Source of the DNA: a virus
Taxonomy: Duplodnaviria; Caudoviricetes
Virus record (IMG/VR): IMGVR_UViG_2897059268_000002
Span: 1-64,000 of that record
DNA: 64,000 nt
Direction: 5' to 3' (one strand)
Position numbers and translations under genes: made by a program. The notes under the pieces were generated by a model, which saw only the letters and a program-made list of their open reading frames with translations, was not told where the DNA came from and did not search any database. Positions 46,926-55,829 of this stretch are shown in pieces; position 1 is the stretch's first letter, and every line of letters starts with the position of its first letter.

Positions 46926-48134
46926 ATGGCACTGCCCGACGACCTCCCCACCGTCACCATCACCGGCCAGCGAACCCACGCCGACGGAACCCCCATCCGC
47001 GGCAGCATCCGAGCCGTCCCCACCGCCGGCCGATTCGTCCACGCAGAATCCGGGCTCGACGTCCAAGGCGCCGCAGAGAAGCCATACGACAAGGACACCG
47101 GCAACTACAGCATCACCCTCGTCGCCTCCGATGCCGACGGCATCAACCCGCACAACGGCACCTACGAGATCACCCTCACCGCGTTCGACGCACCCACCGT
47201 GACCCGCACCGTTCTGCTGCCCAAAGCCAACCCCGTGGTCAAGTTCGCAGCCATCACCCCCGTCGACCCCGAAGAAGGCGACTACGTCATCGTCGCCGGT
47301 CCCGAAGGACCCCAAGGCGAACCAGGACCCGCGGGACCCATTGGCGCGACGGGGCCACAGGGCGCAACCGGGCCCGCAGGCGCGCAGGGGCCTGCAGGAC
47401 CCAAAGGCGACACTGGTTCCCAAGGGCCTCAAGGCCCGGCCGGTGCAACCGGAGCCCAAGGCCCCAAGGGCGACACCGGGGAAACCGGACCAACGGGAGC
47501 CGCAGGGCCTGCAGGCGCGACAGGAGCAACCGGGCCCAAAGGCGACCAGGGTGAACAAGGGCCAGCCGGACCGACGGGAGCCACCGGTGCAACCGGGCCG
47601 AAGGGTGACACCGGAAGTCAGGGACCCAAGGGCGACACCGGTGCCACTGGCCCCCAAGGGCCCGCAGGAACACCCCCAACCGGTGACCAGGTCGGCGTGA
47701 CCCGCACCGTCGACAAGCCCACCGACGAGGCAGTCACCTCATCGACGGCCCTCCAAGCCGACGACCACCTCAGCCTCTCGGTCACCGCAGGTGGCCGGTA
47801 CGCCCTCGACGCGTGCTTCATCGTTACCGGCGACCCAGCCGGCGACCTCCTGCTCACCCTGGCAGCCCCGGGCGGATCCACCGGGCACTGGACGCCCGGA
47901 GCCATCACCCTGGGCGTGTCCGACGGCACCGGCAGCATCCGCCTCACCCGCTACGACCTCGGCACATCAGTCGGCGTCGGCGTGATCGCAGCCGGGCTGA
48001 TCGTCGCCCCTCTCGGCACGTTCACCGCAGGAACCGACGGGGCGCTGACGCTTCAGTGGGCGCAGGCGGCCAGCTCGGCTACCCCCACCGTCCTGAAGGC
48101 CGGGTCTTGGCTGCGGCTGACCCGCATCGCCTGA
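46926..48134 (+). CDS. Collagen-like protein, probable virion fibre/decoration
   Basis: About 40 Gly-X-Y triplets between beta-rich N- and C-domains. Confidence 0.85.
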   Translation: MALPDDLPTVTITGQRTHADGTPIRGSIRAVPTAGRFVHAESGLDVQGAAEKPYDKDTGNYSITLVASDADGINPHNGTYEITLTAFDAPTVTRTVLLPKANPVVKFAAITPVDPEEGDYVIVAGPEGPQGEPGPAGPIGATGPQGATGPAGAQGPAGPKGDTGSQGPQGPAGATGAQGPKGDTGETGPTGAAGPAGATGATGPKGDQGEQGPAGPTGATGATGPKGDTGSQGPKGDTGATGPQGPAGTPPTGDQVGVTRTVDKPTDEAVTSSTALQADDHLSLSVTAGGRYALDACFIVTGDPAGDLLLTLAAPGGSTGHWTPGAITLGVSDGTGSIRLTRYDLGTSVGVGVIAAGLIVAPLGTFTAGTDGALTLQWAQAASSATPTVLKAGSWLRLTRIA

Positions 48135-48169
48135 ACCGGAAACCACCCAGCTGTAGAAGGGCCCGCGCC

Positions 48170-48601
48170 ATGGATCTCCACACCTGGATCACCCAGCAAG
48201 TCGACGAGACCGAGCGGCTCATCGAGGAGAGCGAGTTCCCGCCCAGCCAGGACGACGGTGTCCGACGCCGCTGCGAGGCGGACCGCCGAATCCTCGCCCG
48301 GCACCGGCTCGCCGCTGAGTGGACGTGGCAGCGTGATCCCGCCTGCCACGGCTGCGGCACCGAAGGCCACTGCGACGACCCGGTCACCGACAACCTCAAC
48401 GACTGCCCGGAGCTGCTCGACCTCGCGCACGCCCACGGCATCACACCCGACATCCTCGCCGGACTCGACCAACCCCAGCTGCCCCAACCGGCCCCGCGCA
48501 GCGAACGCCGCCTCGGCCTCGGCGACATCCTCACCGCCACCAACCCCATCACCACCAGCGACGTGCCCGAAGCGCTACGCGGACCCCGCTGGAAGCCCTG
48601 A
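48170..48601 (+). CDS. DUF6221-like hypothetical protein
   Basis: RRCEADRRILARH...CPELLDLA. Confidence 0.65.
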   Translation: MDLHTWITQQVDETERLIEESEFPPSQDDGVRRRCEADRRILARHRLAAEWTWQRDPACHGCGTEGHCDDPVTDNLNDCPELLDLAHAHGITPDILAGLDQPQLPQPAPRSERRLGLGDILTATNPITTSDVPEALRGPRWKP

Positions 48602-48626
48602 CCCACCACACCCTGGAGCCCGCGCC

Positions 48627-48999
48627 ATGGACGTTCCCGGTCTGCCCGACAACGAACCGATGGCTGCCGACAGCCTCTGCGAGCACGCGTGGCAGTACAA
48701 CAAGCCCGCCCACGCATCCGCCTCCGTCCGCATCTGCTCCCTCTGCCACACCATCGACGGCGAAGACCTCATGCGCACCCTCAAACGAGTACGCCGCCGC
48801 CTTCAAGCAGAAGCCAACCACGCTCGTCTACGCGTGGTCCGACGGGCAAACGCTCAGCGTCGTCGACCAGTCCGGTGGCATCCCAGACAACCGCCGCGAA
48901 CGCTCCATCCTCCGAGGGCTCCTCACCCACACCCTCGCCACCCTCGACGAACACGAGATCGCTGGCCCACTAGGCATCGCCACCATGGAGCCGTCATGA
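48627..48999 (+). pseudogene. Hypothetical gene with +1 frameshift near 48783
   Basis: Removing one A from CTCAAACGAG restores a GC3-rich frame ending in ATGA overlap with the next gene. Confidence 0.65.
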
Positions 49000-49235
49000 G
49001 CACGACCGCCGACAGTACCCGGCACATCAAGACCATCTGGCGCGGCGAGAAGCCATGGCACTGGAAGGCCCTCAAGGTCGGACACGCCCAACCGCGCGGC
49101 TACCGCACCTACTGGCGCAGCCGTTGGCTCTGGCAGCTCCACCTCACGCCGATCCACATCGCCCGCGACAACAGCCAGTGGGAGATCGGCCTCTGCTTCG
49201 GCAAGCGAACCGTCTTCCTGCTCACCCACCGCTGA
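48996..49235 (+). CDS. Trp-rich hypothetical protein
   Basis: GGAG RBS. Confidence 0.55.
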   Translation: MSTTADSTRHIKTIWRGEKPWHWKALKVGHAQPRGYRTYWRSRWLWQLHLTPIHIARDNSQWEIGLCFGKRTVFLLTHR

Positions 49236-49253
49236 CCTGTCGGGGGCATACGC

Positions 49254-49505
49254 ATGGACCAGCAGGAGATCGGGACTGGGCCTGAAGGGACAGTGCAGAC
49301 GGACCTCAGCCTCTGCGGCTGGGAGAACTGCACGGAAACGGCCAGCACAGCGCTCCGCTTCCGCGCACAACCAGGCCATGTCCACAACTGCGATGCGCAC
49401 GCGGCGATCAACCGCGAGTGGTCTGACGTGATCGAGTCAGCGCCCATGCCGAACTGCCCCTTCATGCACGGCGGGATGTGGATAGACATGCCCCGCGACC
49501 TCTAG
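49254..49505 (+). CDS. Hypothetical Cys/His protein
   Basis: CGWENC...HNCDAH. Confidence 0.5.
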   Translation: MDQQEIGTGPEGTVQTDLSLCGWENCTETASTALRFRAQPGHVHNCDAHAAINREWSDVIESAPMPNCPFMHGGMWIDMPRDL

Positions 49506-49527
49506 CCGACTTACAGGAGCCCGCGCC

Positions 49528-49707
49528 ATGGCCCGATACGAGATCAACTACCTCGACGGCAGCTTCGACGTCGTCACCAACGCCCCCGGCCACGAATGGA
49601 CCGACAACCTCTTCATCGTCCTGGACGCCAACAAGCGGACGACCTACCTCGCCCCCACCGCGAACATCCGCAGCATCCTCATCCACGACGAGACGGTGAC
49701 CGACTGA
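49528..49707 (+). CDS. Small hypothetical protein
   Basis: AGGAG RBS, MARYEINYLDGS. Confidence 0.6.
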   Translation: MARYEINYLDGSFDVVTNAPGHEWTDNLFIVLDANKRTTYLAPTANIRSILIHDETVTD

Positions 49708-49988
49708 TGGCCGCCGTCGAGCTCCACATCGCCAACGAGATGCTCGACCACTTCGAGACCATCCGCCCCCACCTTGACGGCCGCGAAACCGGACGCCGAC
49801 CCAGCACCACAGCCATGGGCGTCACCATCCTCGACATGCAGATGGAACGTGCGCCCGAACAGGCAACGACGATGGAAGTCGTGCTGCATCTCATCGACGG
49901 CCAGCCCAAGATCAACGCCATCCACTACTGGGACAAGCACGGCATCTTCCTCGCGCCCGTCGTCCCCTTCCCTCGGAAGGTGAACTGA
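49707..49988 (+). CDS. Hypothetical protein
   Basis: TGATG coupling. Confidence 0.6.
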   Translation: MAAVELHIANEMLDHFETIRPHLDGRETGRRPSTTAMGVTILDMQMERAPEQATTMEVVLHLIDGQPKINAIHYWDKHGIFLAPVVPFPRKVN

Positions 49989-50356
49989 TGGCCCGCTTGC
50001 AGATCCTCGAACTCCCCGAAGGTGCAGGCGACAACCGGCCGCCATTCATCCTCGTCATCGACCAAGCCGACGAGGCCACGACCGCCTCCCTCGGGCCCAT
50101 CCCGCCCCACGACGCCCTCTCCCCGCTCGAAGGGGCGCAGCGGGCCCTCGGCGTCTCCCTTGCCGAGCAGATCGGCGCCCGCGCCGTCCTCGTCTTCGAA
50201 GAGACCATCGACATCCCCGCCAACGACACCAGTGCCTACGCGCAACCGCTGACCACCGCGCTCCACCTCGGCGAGCGCGAAGCATGGGGCGACCTTTCCG
50301 CAGCCGCCAAGAACCAAGCCGAAGCGCTCGACGACCTTCGAGGAGAGCGGCGATGA
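49988..50356 (+). CDS. Hypothetical protein
   Basis: TGATG coupling. Confidence 0.65.
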   Translation: MARLQILELPEGAGDNRPPFILVIDQADEATTASLGPIPPHDALSPLEGAQRALGVSLAEQIGARAVLVFEETIDIPANDTSAYAQPLTTALHLGEREAWGDLSAAAKNQAEALDDLRGERR

Positions 50357-50670
50357 GCGGAGGAAGCTACAACTACCTCTACGCCGCCGCGGACCTCGAA
50401 GACCTCCAAGCCCGACGCTTCGACCTCGAAGAGATGGCTCAGCGGCTCGCAGGACTCGGCTACGCCCAAGACGCCGCACGCGAAACCGAAGAACTCCTCG
50501 TGCTCTACCGGCAGTGGGAAACCCGCGCCACCGTCCGCATGCGCCGCCTCACAGGCATCTGGCACGCCGTCGAATGGTGGGACTCCAACGACAGCAGCGA
50601 AACCGCCGTCCACGAAGCACTCGCCAAATACCGAGGCGATCACGACGACGCCGGGACGCCCCATGGCTGA
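50353..50670 (+). CDS. Hypothetical protein (MSGGSYNYLY start)
   Basis: GAGGAG RBS. Confidence 0.65.
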   Translation: MSGGSYNYLYAAADLEDLQARRFDLEEMAQRLAGLGYAQDAARETEELLVLYRQWETRATVRMRRLTGIWHAVEWWDSNDSSETAVHEALAKYRGDHDDAGTPHG

Positions 50671-50902
50671 CCAGCAGATCGGGCAACTCCTCGACACCCT
50701 CGGCGTCACCGCCGACCTCGACGATGGAGACCTCGTCACCGACGCCCACATCGTCCTCAAAGTCGTCAAAGCCGACGGCGGCACCACCCTCATCAAAGCC
50801 ACCAGCGAAGCGCTCGACTGGGTCACCAGCATCGGCATGCTCACCGCCGTCCTCGCCATCGAAAACGGGCGCTACGTGAACATCGCCGAAGACGACGACT
50901 AG
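50663..50902 (+). CDS. Hypothetical protein
   Basis: Overlapping ORF, GC3-rich. Confidence 0.65.
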   Translation: MADQQIGQLLDTLGVTADLDDGDLVTDAHIVLKVVKADGGTTLIKATSEALDWVTSIGMLTAVLAIENGRYVNIAEDDD

Positions 50903-50911
50903 GAGGCAGGC

Positions 50912-51205
50912 GTGAGCGGAGGGTGGGCAAACTCGGACCGCAAGAGCCGTCTGCCCAGCGGGTGGGCCAAGAAGCGGGCGCGGATTCTCGAACGGGACAG
51001 GATCTGCGTCTTGTGTGGAGTCAGGCCCAGCCGGTTCTGCGACCACATCGTGGCCAAGGCCGACCTCCATGGAGATTCGGACCTCCAGGGCGTGTGTGGA
51101 CCATGCCATGACCAGAAGAGTGCGCGCGAAGGAGCAGCCGCCGCCAAAGCCAAAGGCCGCCCCAGCCGCACCAGGCCGCCGGAACAACACCCCGGCCTCC
51201 TCTGA
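50912..51205 (+). CDS. Terminase-associated HNH endonuclease
   Basis: W...R.RILERD..CVLC...DH....DLQGVCGPCHDQKS. Confidence 0.85.
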   Translation: MSGGWANSDRKSRLPSGWAKKRARILERDRICVLCGVRPSRFCDHIVAKADLHGDSDLQGVCGPCHDQKSAREGAAAAKAKGRPSRTRPPEQHPGLL

Positions 51206-51211
51206 CAGGCG

Positions 51212-51430
51212 GTGACCATGCCCGCCTACCTCATCCGCCACCCCGGCAAGGCCAACGAAGACATCCTCATTGAGGACGACCCGCTCACCCTCACCTTCCA
51301 CGGGAACTGGGCCGTCTTCACCGACACCAACGGCTCCTGCCTCGCCATCCCAGCCGAAGCCGGCGCCCACATCGAACGCGTCGACCAACCCCAACCCCAA
51401 GACCACGAGCCCGCGCCGCAGAAGGAGTGA
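51212..51430 (+). CDS. Hypothetical protein
   Basis: Operon context. Confidence 0.6.
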   Translation: MTMPAYLIRHPGKANEDILIEDDPLTLTFHGNWAVFTDTNGSCLAIPAEAGAHIERVDQPQPQDHEPAPQKE

Positions 51431-51675
51431 GACCTGTGGCAACCAAGGGACGAAGCCGACGAGGCAACGCCGAAACCCTCCGCCGCTACTGGACCACCGG
51501 ACCAGGCGCGGCCAAGATCCGATGGGGAACACCCGGCGACTGGACCAGGTGCAACAAGCAGCTGTCCCGCTACATGGGCGCCAGAGCCAAGGGCTACTGC
51601 CAGCTCATGCACCGACGGGCAACCGGGGTCTACACCGGATCTCGCGCTAACACAGGGCGGCGACGCCGTGGCTGA
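51427..51675 (+). CDS. Small basic phage protein
   Basis: NAETLRRYWTTGPGAAKIRWGTPGDWTRC. Confidence 0.65.
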   Translation: MRPVATKGRSRRGNAETLRRYWTTGPGAAKIRWGTPGDWTRCNKQLSRYMGARAKGYCQLMHRRATGVYTGSRANTGRRRRG

Positions 51676-51970
51676 CTACACCATCCAGCCCGGCGAATGG
51701 GGGATCCACGGCGTCACCCTTACAGCCGCCACAGTTACCACCATCCGCTTCCCCGACGACGTCGACGAAATCGAAGTCCTCAGCCACGACGGAGCAGCGG
51801 CCATCTACTTCACCGTCGACGGATCGACCCCCGCAGTCGAAGGCCGCGGCAGCCGCGTCATCCCCGCCGCCATCAGCAGCGCCCAAGTTGAGCCGCCCAC
51901 CGCCGGCCCGACCATCGTCAAGCTCATCTCCGCAGGAACACCGCGGATCTCCGTGATGAGGACGTCATGA
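51668..51970 (+). CDS. Beta-rich hypothetical protein, possible virion component
   Basis: IYFTVDGSTP motif. Confidence 0.65.
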   Translation: MADYTIQPGEWGIHGVTLTAATVTTIRFPDDVDEIEVLSHDGAAAIYFTVDGSTPAVEGRGSRVIPAAISSAQVEPPTAGPTIVKLISAGTPRISVMRTS

Positions 51971-53001
51971 GGCGACACGTCTACACCCCCAAAGTCCCCG
52001 ACGCCGAGACCGACGCCATGGTCAAAACCCTGGCATCGTCCGCCCTCGCAGGGAACGAAGAAGTGGCCGCCGCGCTCGCCGCCCAGAAGGTGCAGCAGGA
52101 CGCACGGGACGCCGAGATGGCCACCCGCATCGCCACACTCGCCGACATCGCCAGCCAGCTCGCGCCGCTCCAGCAGAGCGCCAGCGTCGAGCACGCCCGG
52201 CTCCAGGGACTCATCGACGACGGAGTAGCGGAACTCCAGTCCCTCCGGTCCCTCATCGCCGACGCGCAAGCCGACGCCGACAGTGCCGGAGTCCAAGCCC
52301 AGGCCGCCCTCAACAAAGCCAGCACAGCCCTCGGCGCCGCCCAGGACGCGGGCAGCATGGCCGTCGAAGCCGGCGCCAACGCCACAGCCGCCAAGAACGA
52401 GGCCGCCGGCGCGAAGACTGCGGCCCTCTCCGCGCAGGCCGAAGCCACCGCGGCACAAACCGCGGCCGGACTTGCAACAGCAGACGCCGCCACAGCCAAG
52501 ACCGCAGCGGCCACCGCACAGACCGCGGCGCAAGACGCCGCCAGCAAAGCCACCACAGCCACAACCACCGCGGCCAGCGCCAAGACCACCGCCGACACCG
52601 CAGCAGCCACCGCGACCGCGGCACAAGCGGCAGCCACCACAGCCGGCACCAAGGCCGACCAAGCACAGGCAGCGACCACAGCAGCAGCGACCAGGACGAC
52701 AACCCTGGAAGCCGGCGTCGCAGCCCTCCAAGGCAAGACGCTTACCCTGCGGCGAGCCGTCCCCACACTGCCCCTCATCGCCCTCGGAGCCACCTACGAC
52801 CAGACCATCACCTGGTCCACCCCCATGCCATCCACCACCTACGACGTCGACATCGCCCAATCAGCAGGACTCATCGGCAAGGCCACAGCGAAGATCAAAG
52901 CAGGAACCCAGACCGCAGCCGGCCTCACCATCACCGTCACCGCGAGCCTCCTCGTCGCGGCAGGGCAGACCCTCGACGTCACCGCCTACCGGTACGGGTA
53001 G
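51967..53001 (+). CDS. Ala/Thr-rich coiled-coil fibre-like protein
   Basis: Long heptad A/T/K/Q stalk and C-terminal beta domain. Confidence 0.75.
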   Translation: MRRHVYTPKVPDAETDAMVKTLASSALAGNEEVAAALAAQKVQQDARDAEMATRIATLADIASQLAPLQQSASVEHARLQGLIDDGVAELQSLRSLIADAQADADSAGVQAQAALNKASTALGAAQDAGSMAVEAGANATAAKNEAAGAKTAALSAQAEATAAQTAAGLATADAATAKTAAATAQTAAQDAASKATTATTTAASAKTTADTAAATATAAQAAATTAGTKADQAQAATTAAATRTTTLEAGVAALQGKTLTLRRAVPTLPLIALGATYDQTITWSTPMPSTTYDVDIAQSAGLIGKATAKIKAGTQTAAGLTITVTASLLVAAGQTLDVTAYRYG

Positions 53002-53085
53002 GGCGCTGGCCGGCCAGGCAGGCAGCAGGGCGAGGTCGCAGTGGTCACGTGCGAGGTGATCATGCGATTGGTGATCAAGGTTCGA

Positions 53086-53245
53086 CGAAGAAGATCGAAT
53101 CTGAATCGAAGATCAAGAAGCGAAGATCAAACACAAGCCGACCGAGACAACGCCCTCGCCCGCATCGGCCGACCCCAGGGCAAACCTCAAGACCCCAAGG
53201 CAGCCAGCCGGCCCCGGGGGGTGACCCCCTCCCGGCGATCTTCAG
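53086..53245. other. Candidate cos/packaging initiation region
   Basis: Non-coding, upstream of terS; GAAGATC at 53090, 53108, 53122 and inverted at 53237; GGGGG..CCCCC dyad at 53216-53229. Confidence 0.5.
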
Positions 53246-53403
53246 GGATCGGGGCCGTATAGCACCTGACCCTGCCTACGGGTTTCCTAGGCCCCACCTG
53301 CCCTTTCTCCGAGCCTCCCTCGGCTGCCCTGGTGGCGGCTGCTGGCTGGCTCATGTCATCTGCCCGCGCGTCCTGGTGGCGCCGCTAGACCCTGGAGGTC
53401 GTC

Positions 53404-53841
53404 ATGGGCACTCGTGGACCCATTCCCAAGAGGAGCGAGGAGCGCCGGCGCGCCAACAAGGACGACGGTCCCGCTCTGATTCAGGCCCCTTCTGGCGGGC
53501 CGGCCGATGTGCCGGATCTTCCTGAGCCGGATGCACTGTGGCATCCGATTGCAGCGGACTGGTACCTGTCTCTGCGTGAGTCGGGGCAGGCGGCGTTCTA
53601 TGAGCCGTCGGACTGGGCGGTTGCCCGGTATGCGGCGCACGTGATGTCGCAGGTGCTGCTGTCGGAGCGCGGGCCGAACGGTCAGCTGGTCGCGGCGCTC
53701 AACTCGGTGATGTCGTCGCTGCTGACGACCGAGGGGGACCGGCGGCGGGCCCGGATGGAGCTGGAGCGCAAGAAGCCTGACGGCCCCATGTTGGCGTCGG
53801 TGAGCCCGCTGGATTCGTACCGTGACATCGCGGGGGGCTGA
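53404..53841 (+). CDS. terS: Terminase small subunit
   Basis: GPIPKRSEERRR, WHPIAADWY.SLRESGQ, LLTTEGDRRRARMEL. Confidence 0.85.
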   Translation: MGTRGPIPKRSEERRRANKDDGPALIQAPSGGPADVPDLPEPDALWHPIAADWYLSLRESGQAAFYEPSDWAVARYAAHVMSQVLLSERGPNGQLVAALNSVMSSLLTTEGDRRRARMELERKKPDGPMLASVSPLDSYRDIAGG

Positions 53842-53842
53842 C

Positions 53843-54094
53843 GTGGTCAAGTACGTGGTCTGTGCGGGGAGCCAAGGTGAGGCGCAGGCGTGGGCCCGGG
53901 TTCACGGCATCCCGCAGCAGCAGTGCCTGTATGCCAGTTCGCTGCGAACGATCGAGGGACTCCGAGACTTTGCCGTGGTCCGGTTGCGCGGCTTCTTTGA
54001 CCGGAAGGACCGTGACGACATCGAGGCGTGCCTGCTCCGTAATGAGCTGAAGCGCCGATCGCCGCTGCGCGACAGTTGCGGCGATGGAGACTGA
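53843..54094 (+). CDS. Hypothetical protein between terminase subunits
   Basis: GTG at 53843 fills the gap. Confidence 0.55.
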   Translation: MVKYVVCAGSQGEAQAWARVHGIPQQQCLYASSLRTIEGLRDFAVVRLRGFFDRKDRDDIEACLLRNELKRRSPLRDSCGDGD

Positions 54095-55829
54095 GGAGCA
54101 GGTCCCCGACGTTGTCGAACCCTTCATTCTCGGCCCGACGTGGAAGCGCGGCCCGGATGGCAGGTTCGTGCTGCCGGAGTACACGCTGGGCTGGCATGCG
54201 CTGGCATGGACGCGGACGTATCTGCAGCACTATGTCGGCAGGCCGTGGCAGTACACCCCGGAGCAGGCGCGTTTGACCTTGTGGTGGTACGCGATGGACC
54301 CGGTGACGAACCGGTTCCTGTGGCGTGACGGGGTGCTCCAGAGGTTGAAGGGCTGGGGCAAGGACCCGGTCAAGGCGACGTGGGCCGGTTTCGAGTTCGT
54401 TGGGCCGTGCCGGTTCGACAGGGTGGCGGATGAGGGCAATGAGTGGGGTGTCCCGCCGGGGCAGCCGCTTGGCGTGCAGCATCCGGCGGCGTGGGTTCAG
54501 ATCGCGGCGGTGTCGCAGGATCAGACCCGGAACACGATGACCTTGTTCCCATCGATCTTCACGAAGCGGGCGATCGAGGAGTACCGGATCGACCTCGGCA
54601 AGGAGATCATCTACGCCGACAAGGGCCGGGCCCGCATGGAGGCCGTGACCAGTTCCCCGCGAGCCCTGGAGGGCGGCCGGCCGACGTTCACGTCTATGGG
54701 GGAGACGCACCACTGGCTGGAGTCGAACTCCGGCCACGAGATGGCCGCGGTCATCGAGCGCAACGCGACGAAGTCGGCGGACGGGCAGTCCCGGACGCTG
54801 GCGGACACGAACGCTTTCGAGCCCGGCGAGGACTCGGTGGCCGAGCGGACCCGGGACGCCTACGAGGCCGTCGAGGCGGGCCGGGCGGCAGACACTGGCC
54901 TGTTCTACGACTCGCTGGAGGCTCCGCCTGAGGCGAAGTTGACGGAGGCGTGGATCGAGCCGACACTGCGGGCTGTCCGCGGCGACTCGACGTGGCTGGA
55001 CATCGCGCGGTTGAAGTCGTCAATCCTCGACACTCGTAACCCGCCGAGCCGCAGCCGGCGCTTCTGGTACAACCAGATCGCCGCGGCTGAGGACGCGTGG
55101 ATGGCCCGCTACGAGTGGGATGCCTGCAAGCGTGAGGATCTGGGACTGTCGGATGGCGACGAGGTCGTCATGTTCTTCGACGGGTCCAAGAGCGACGACG
55201 CGACCGGGCTGTGCGCTTGCCGCATGTCGGATGGTCTGGTGTCGACGCTGGGTGTGTGGCAGAGGCCGCCGAACTGGCCCTCGCCGGAGACGCCCGGCTA
55301 CGTGCCGTGGCAGGTGCCGCGTGAGGGCGTCGACGGTGCTGTGCAGAACGCTTTCAATCGGTTCAAGGTGTTGGCGTTCTTCGCTGACCCGGGGTCGGGG
55401 CAGGACGAGGACGGCGAGATGTACTGGGATGCCTTCCTAGACCGCTGGGGGCAGTCCTACGGCAAGAAGCTGCTCCTGCGGGCGGTGGTGTCGGGTCCAA
55501 AGGCCCACGCGGTCCGCTGGGACATGCGTGACCGCCGGAATCAGGAGACGTTCACCGACGCGGTGAAGCGAACCCGCGAGGACATCTTGCAGCGACAGCT
55601 GTTCCATGACGGCCACAAGGTGATGCGCACCCACGTGATCAACGCCCGTCGGCGGACGAATGCGTGGGGGGTCACCATCGGTAAGGAGCACCGCGAGTCG
55701 GCCCGGAAGATCGACCTTGCGATCTGCATGATCGGGGCCCGGATGCTGCGACGCACTGTCCTGAACAGCCCGAAGAACCAGAAGCGCACCACTGCGCGCG
55801 GCAAGGGACGGGTGGTGGTGCTGCGATGA
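54084..55829 (+). CDS. terL: Terminase large subunit
   Basis: RLKGWGKD Walker A variant, AAVSQDQT, FFDGSKSDDAT nuclease motif, KIDLA. Confidence 0.93.
   Translation: METEEQVPDVVEPFILGPTWKRGPDGRFVLPEYTLGWHALAWTRTYLQHYVGRPWQYTPEQARLTLWWYAMDPVTNRFLWRDGVLQRLKGWGKDPVKATWAGFEFVGPCRFDRVADEGNEWGVPPGQPLGVQHPAAWVQIAAVSQDQTRNTMTLFPSIFTKRAIEEYRIDLGKEIIYADKGRARMEAVTSSPRALEGGRPTFTSMGETHHWLESNSGHEMAAVIERNATKSADGQSRTLADTNAFEPGEDSVAERTRDAYEAVEAGRAADTGLFYDSLEAPPEAKLTEAWIEPTLRAVRGDSTWLDIARLKSSILDTRNPPSRSRRFWYNQIAAAEDAWMARYEWDACKREDLGLSDGDEVVMFFDGSKSDDATGLCACRMSDGLVSTLGVWQRPPNWPSPETPGYVPWQVPREGVDGAVQNAFNRFKVLAFFADPGSGQDEDGEMYWDAFLDRWGQSYGKKLLLRAVVSGPKAHAVRWDMRDRRNQETFTDAVKRTREDILQRQLFHDGHKVMRTHVINARRRTNAWGVTIGKEHRESARKIDLAICMIGARMLRRTVLNSPKNQKRTTARGKGRVVVLR

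Noticed and set aside
47297-47670. DNA-level repeat element
   Set aside because: Periodicity is explained by Gly-X-Y collagen codons
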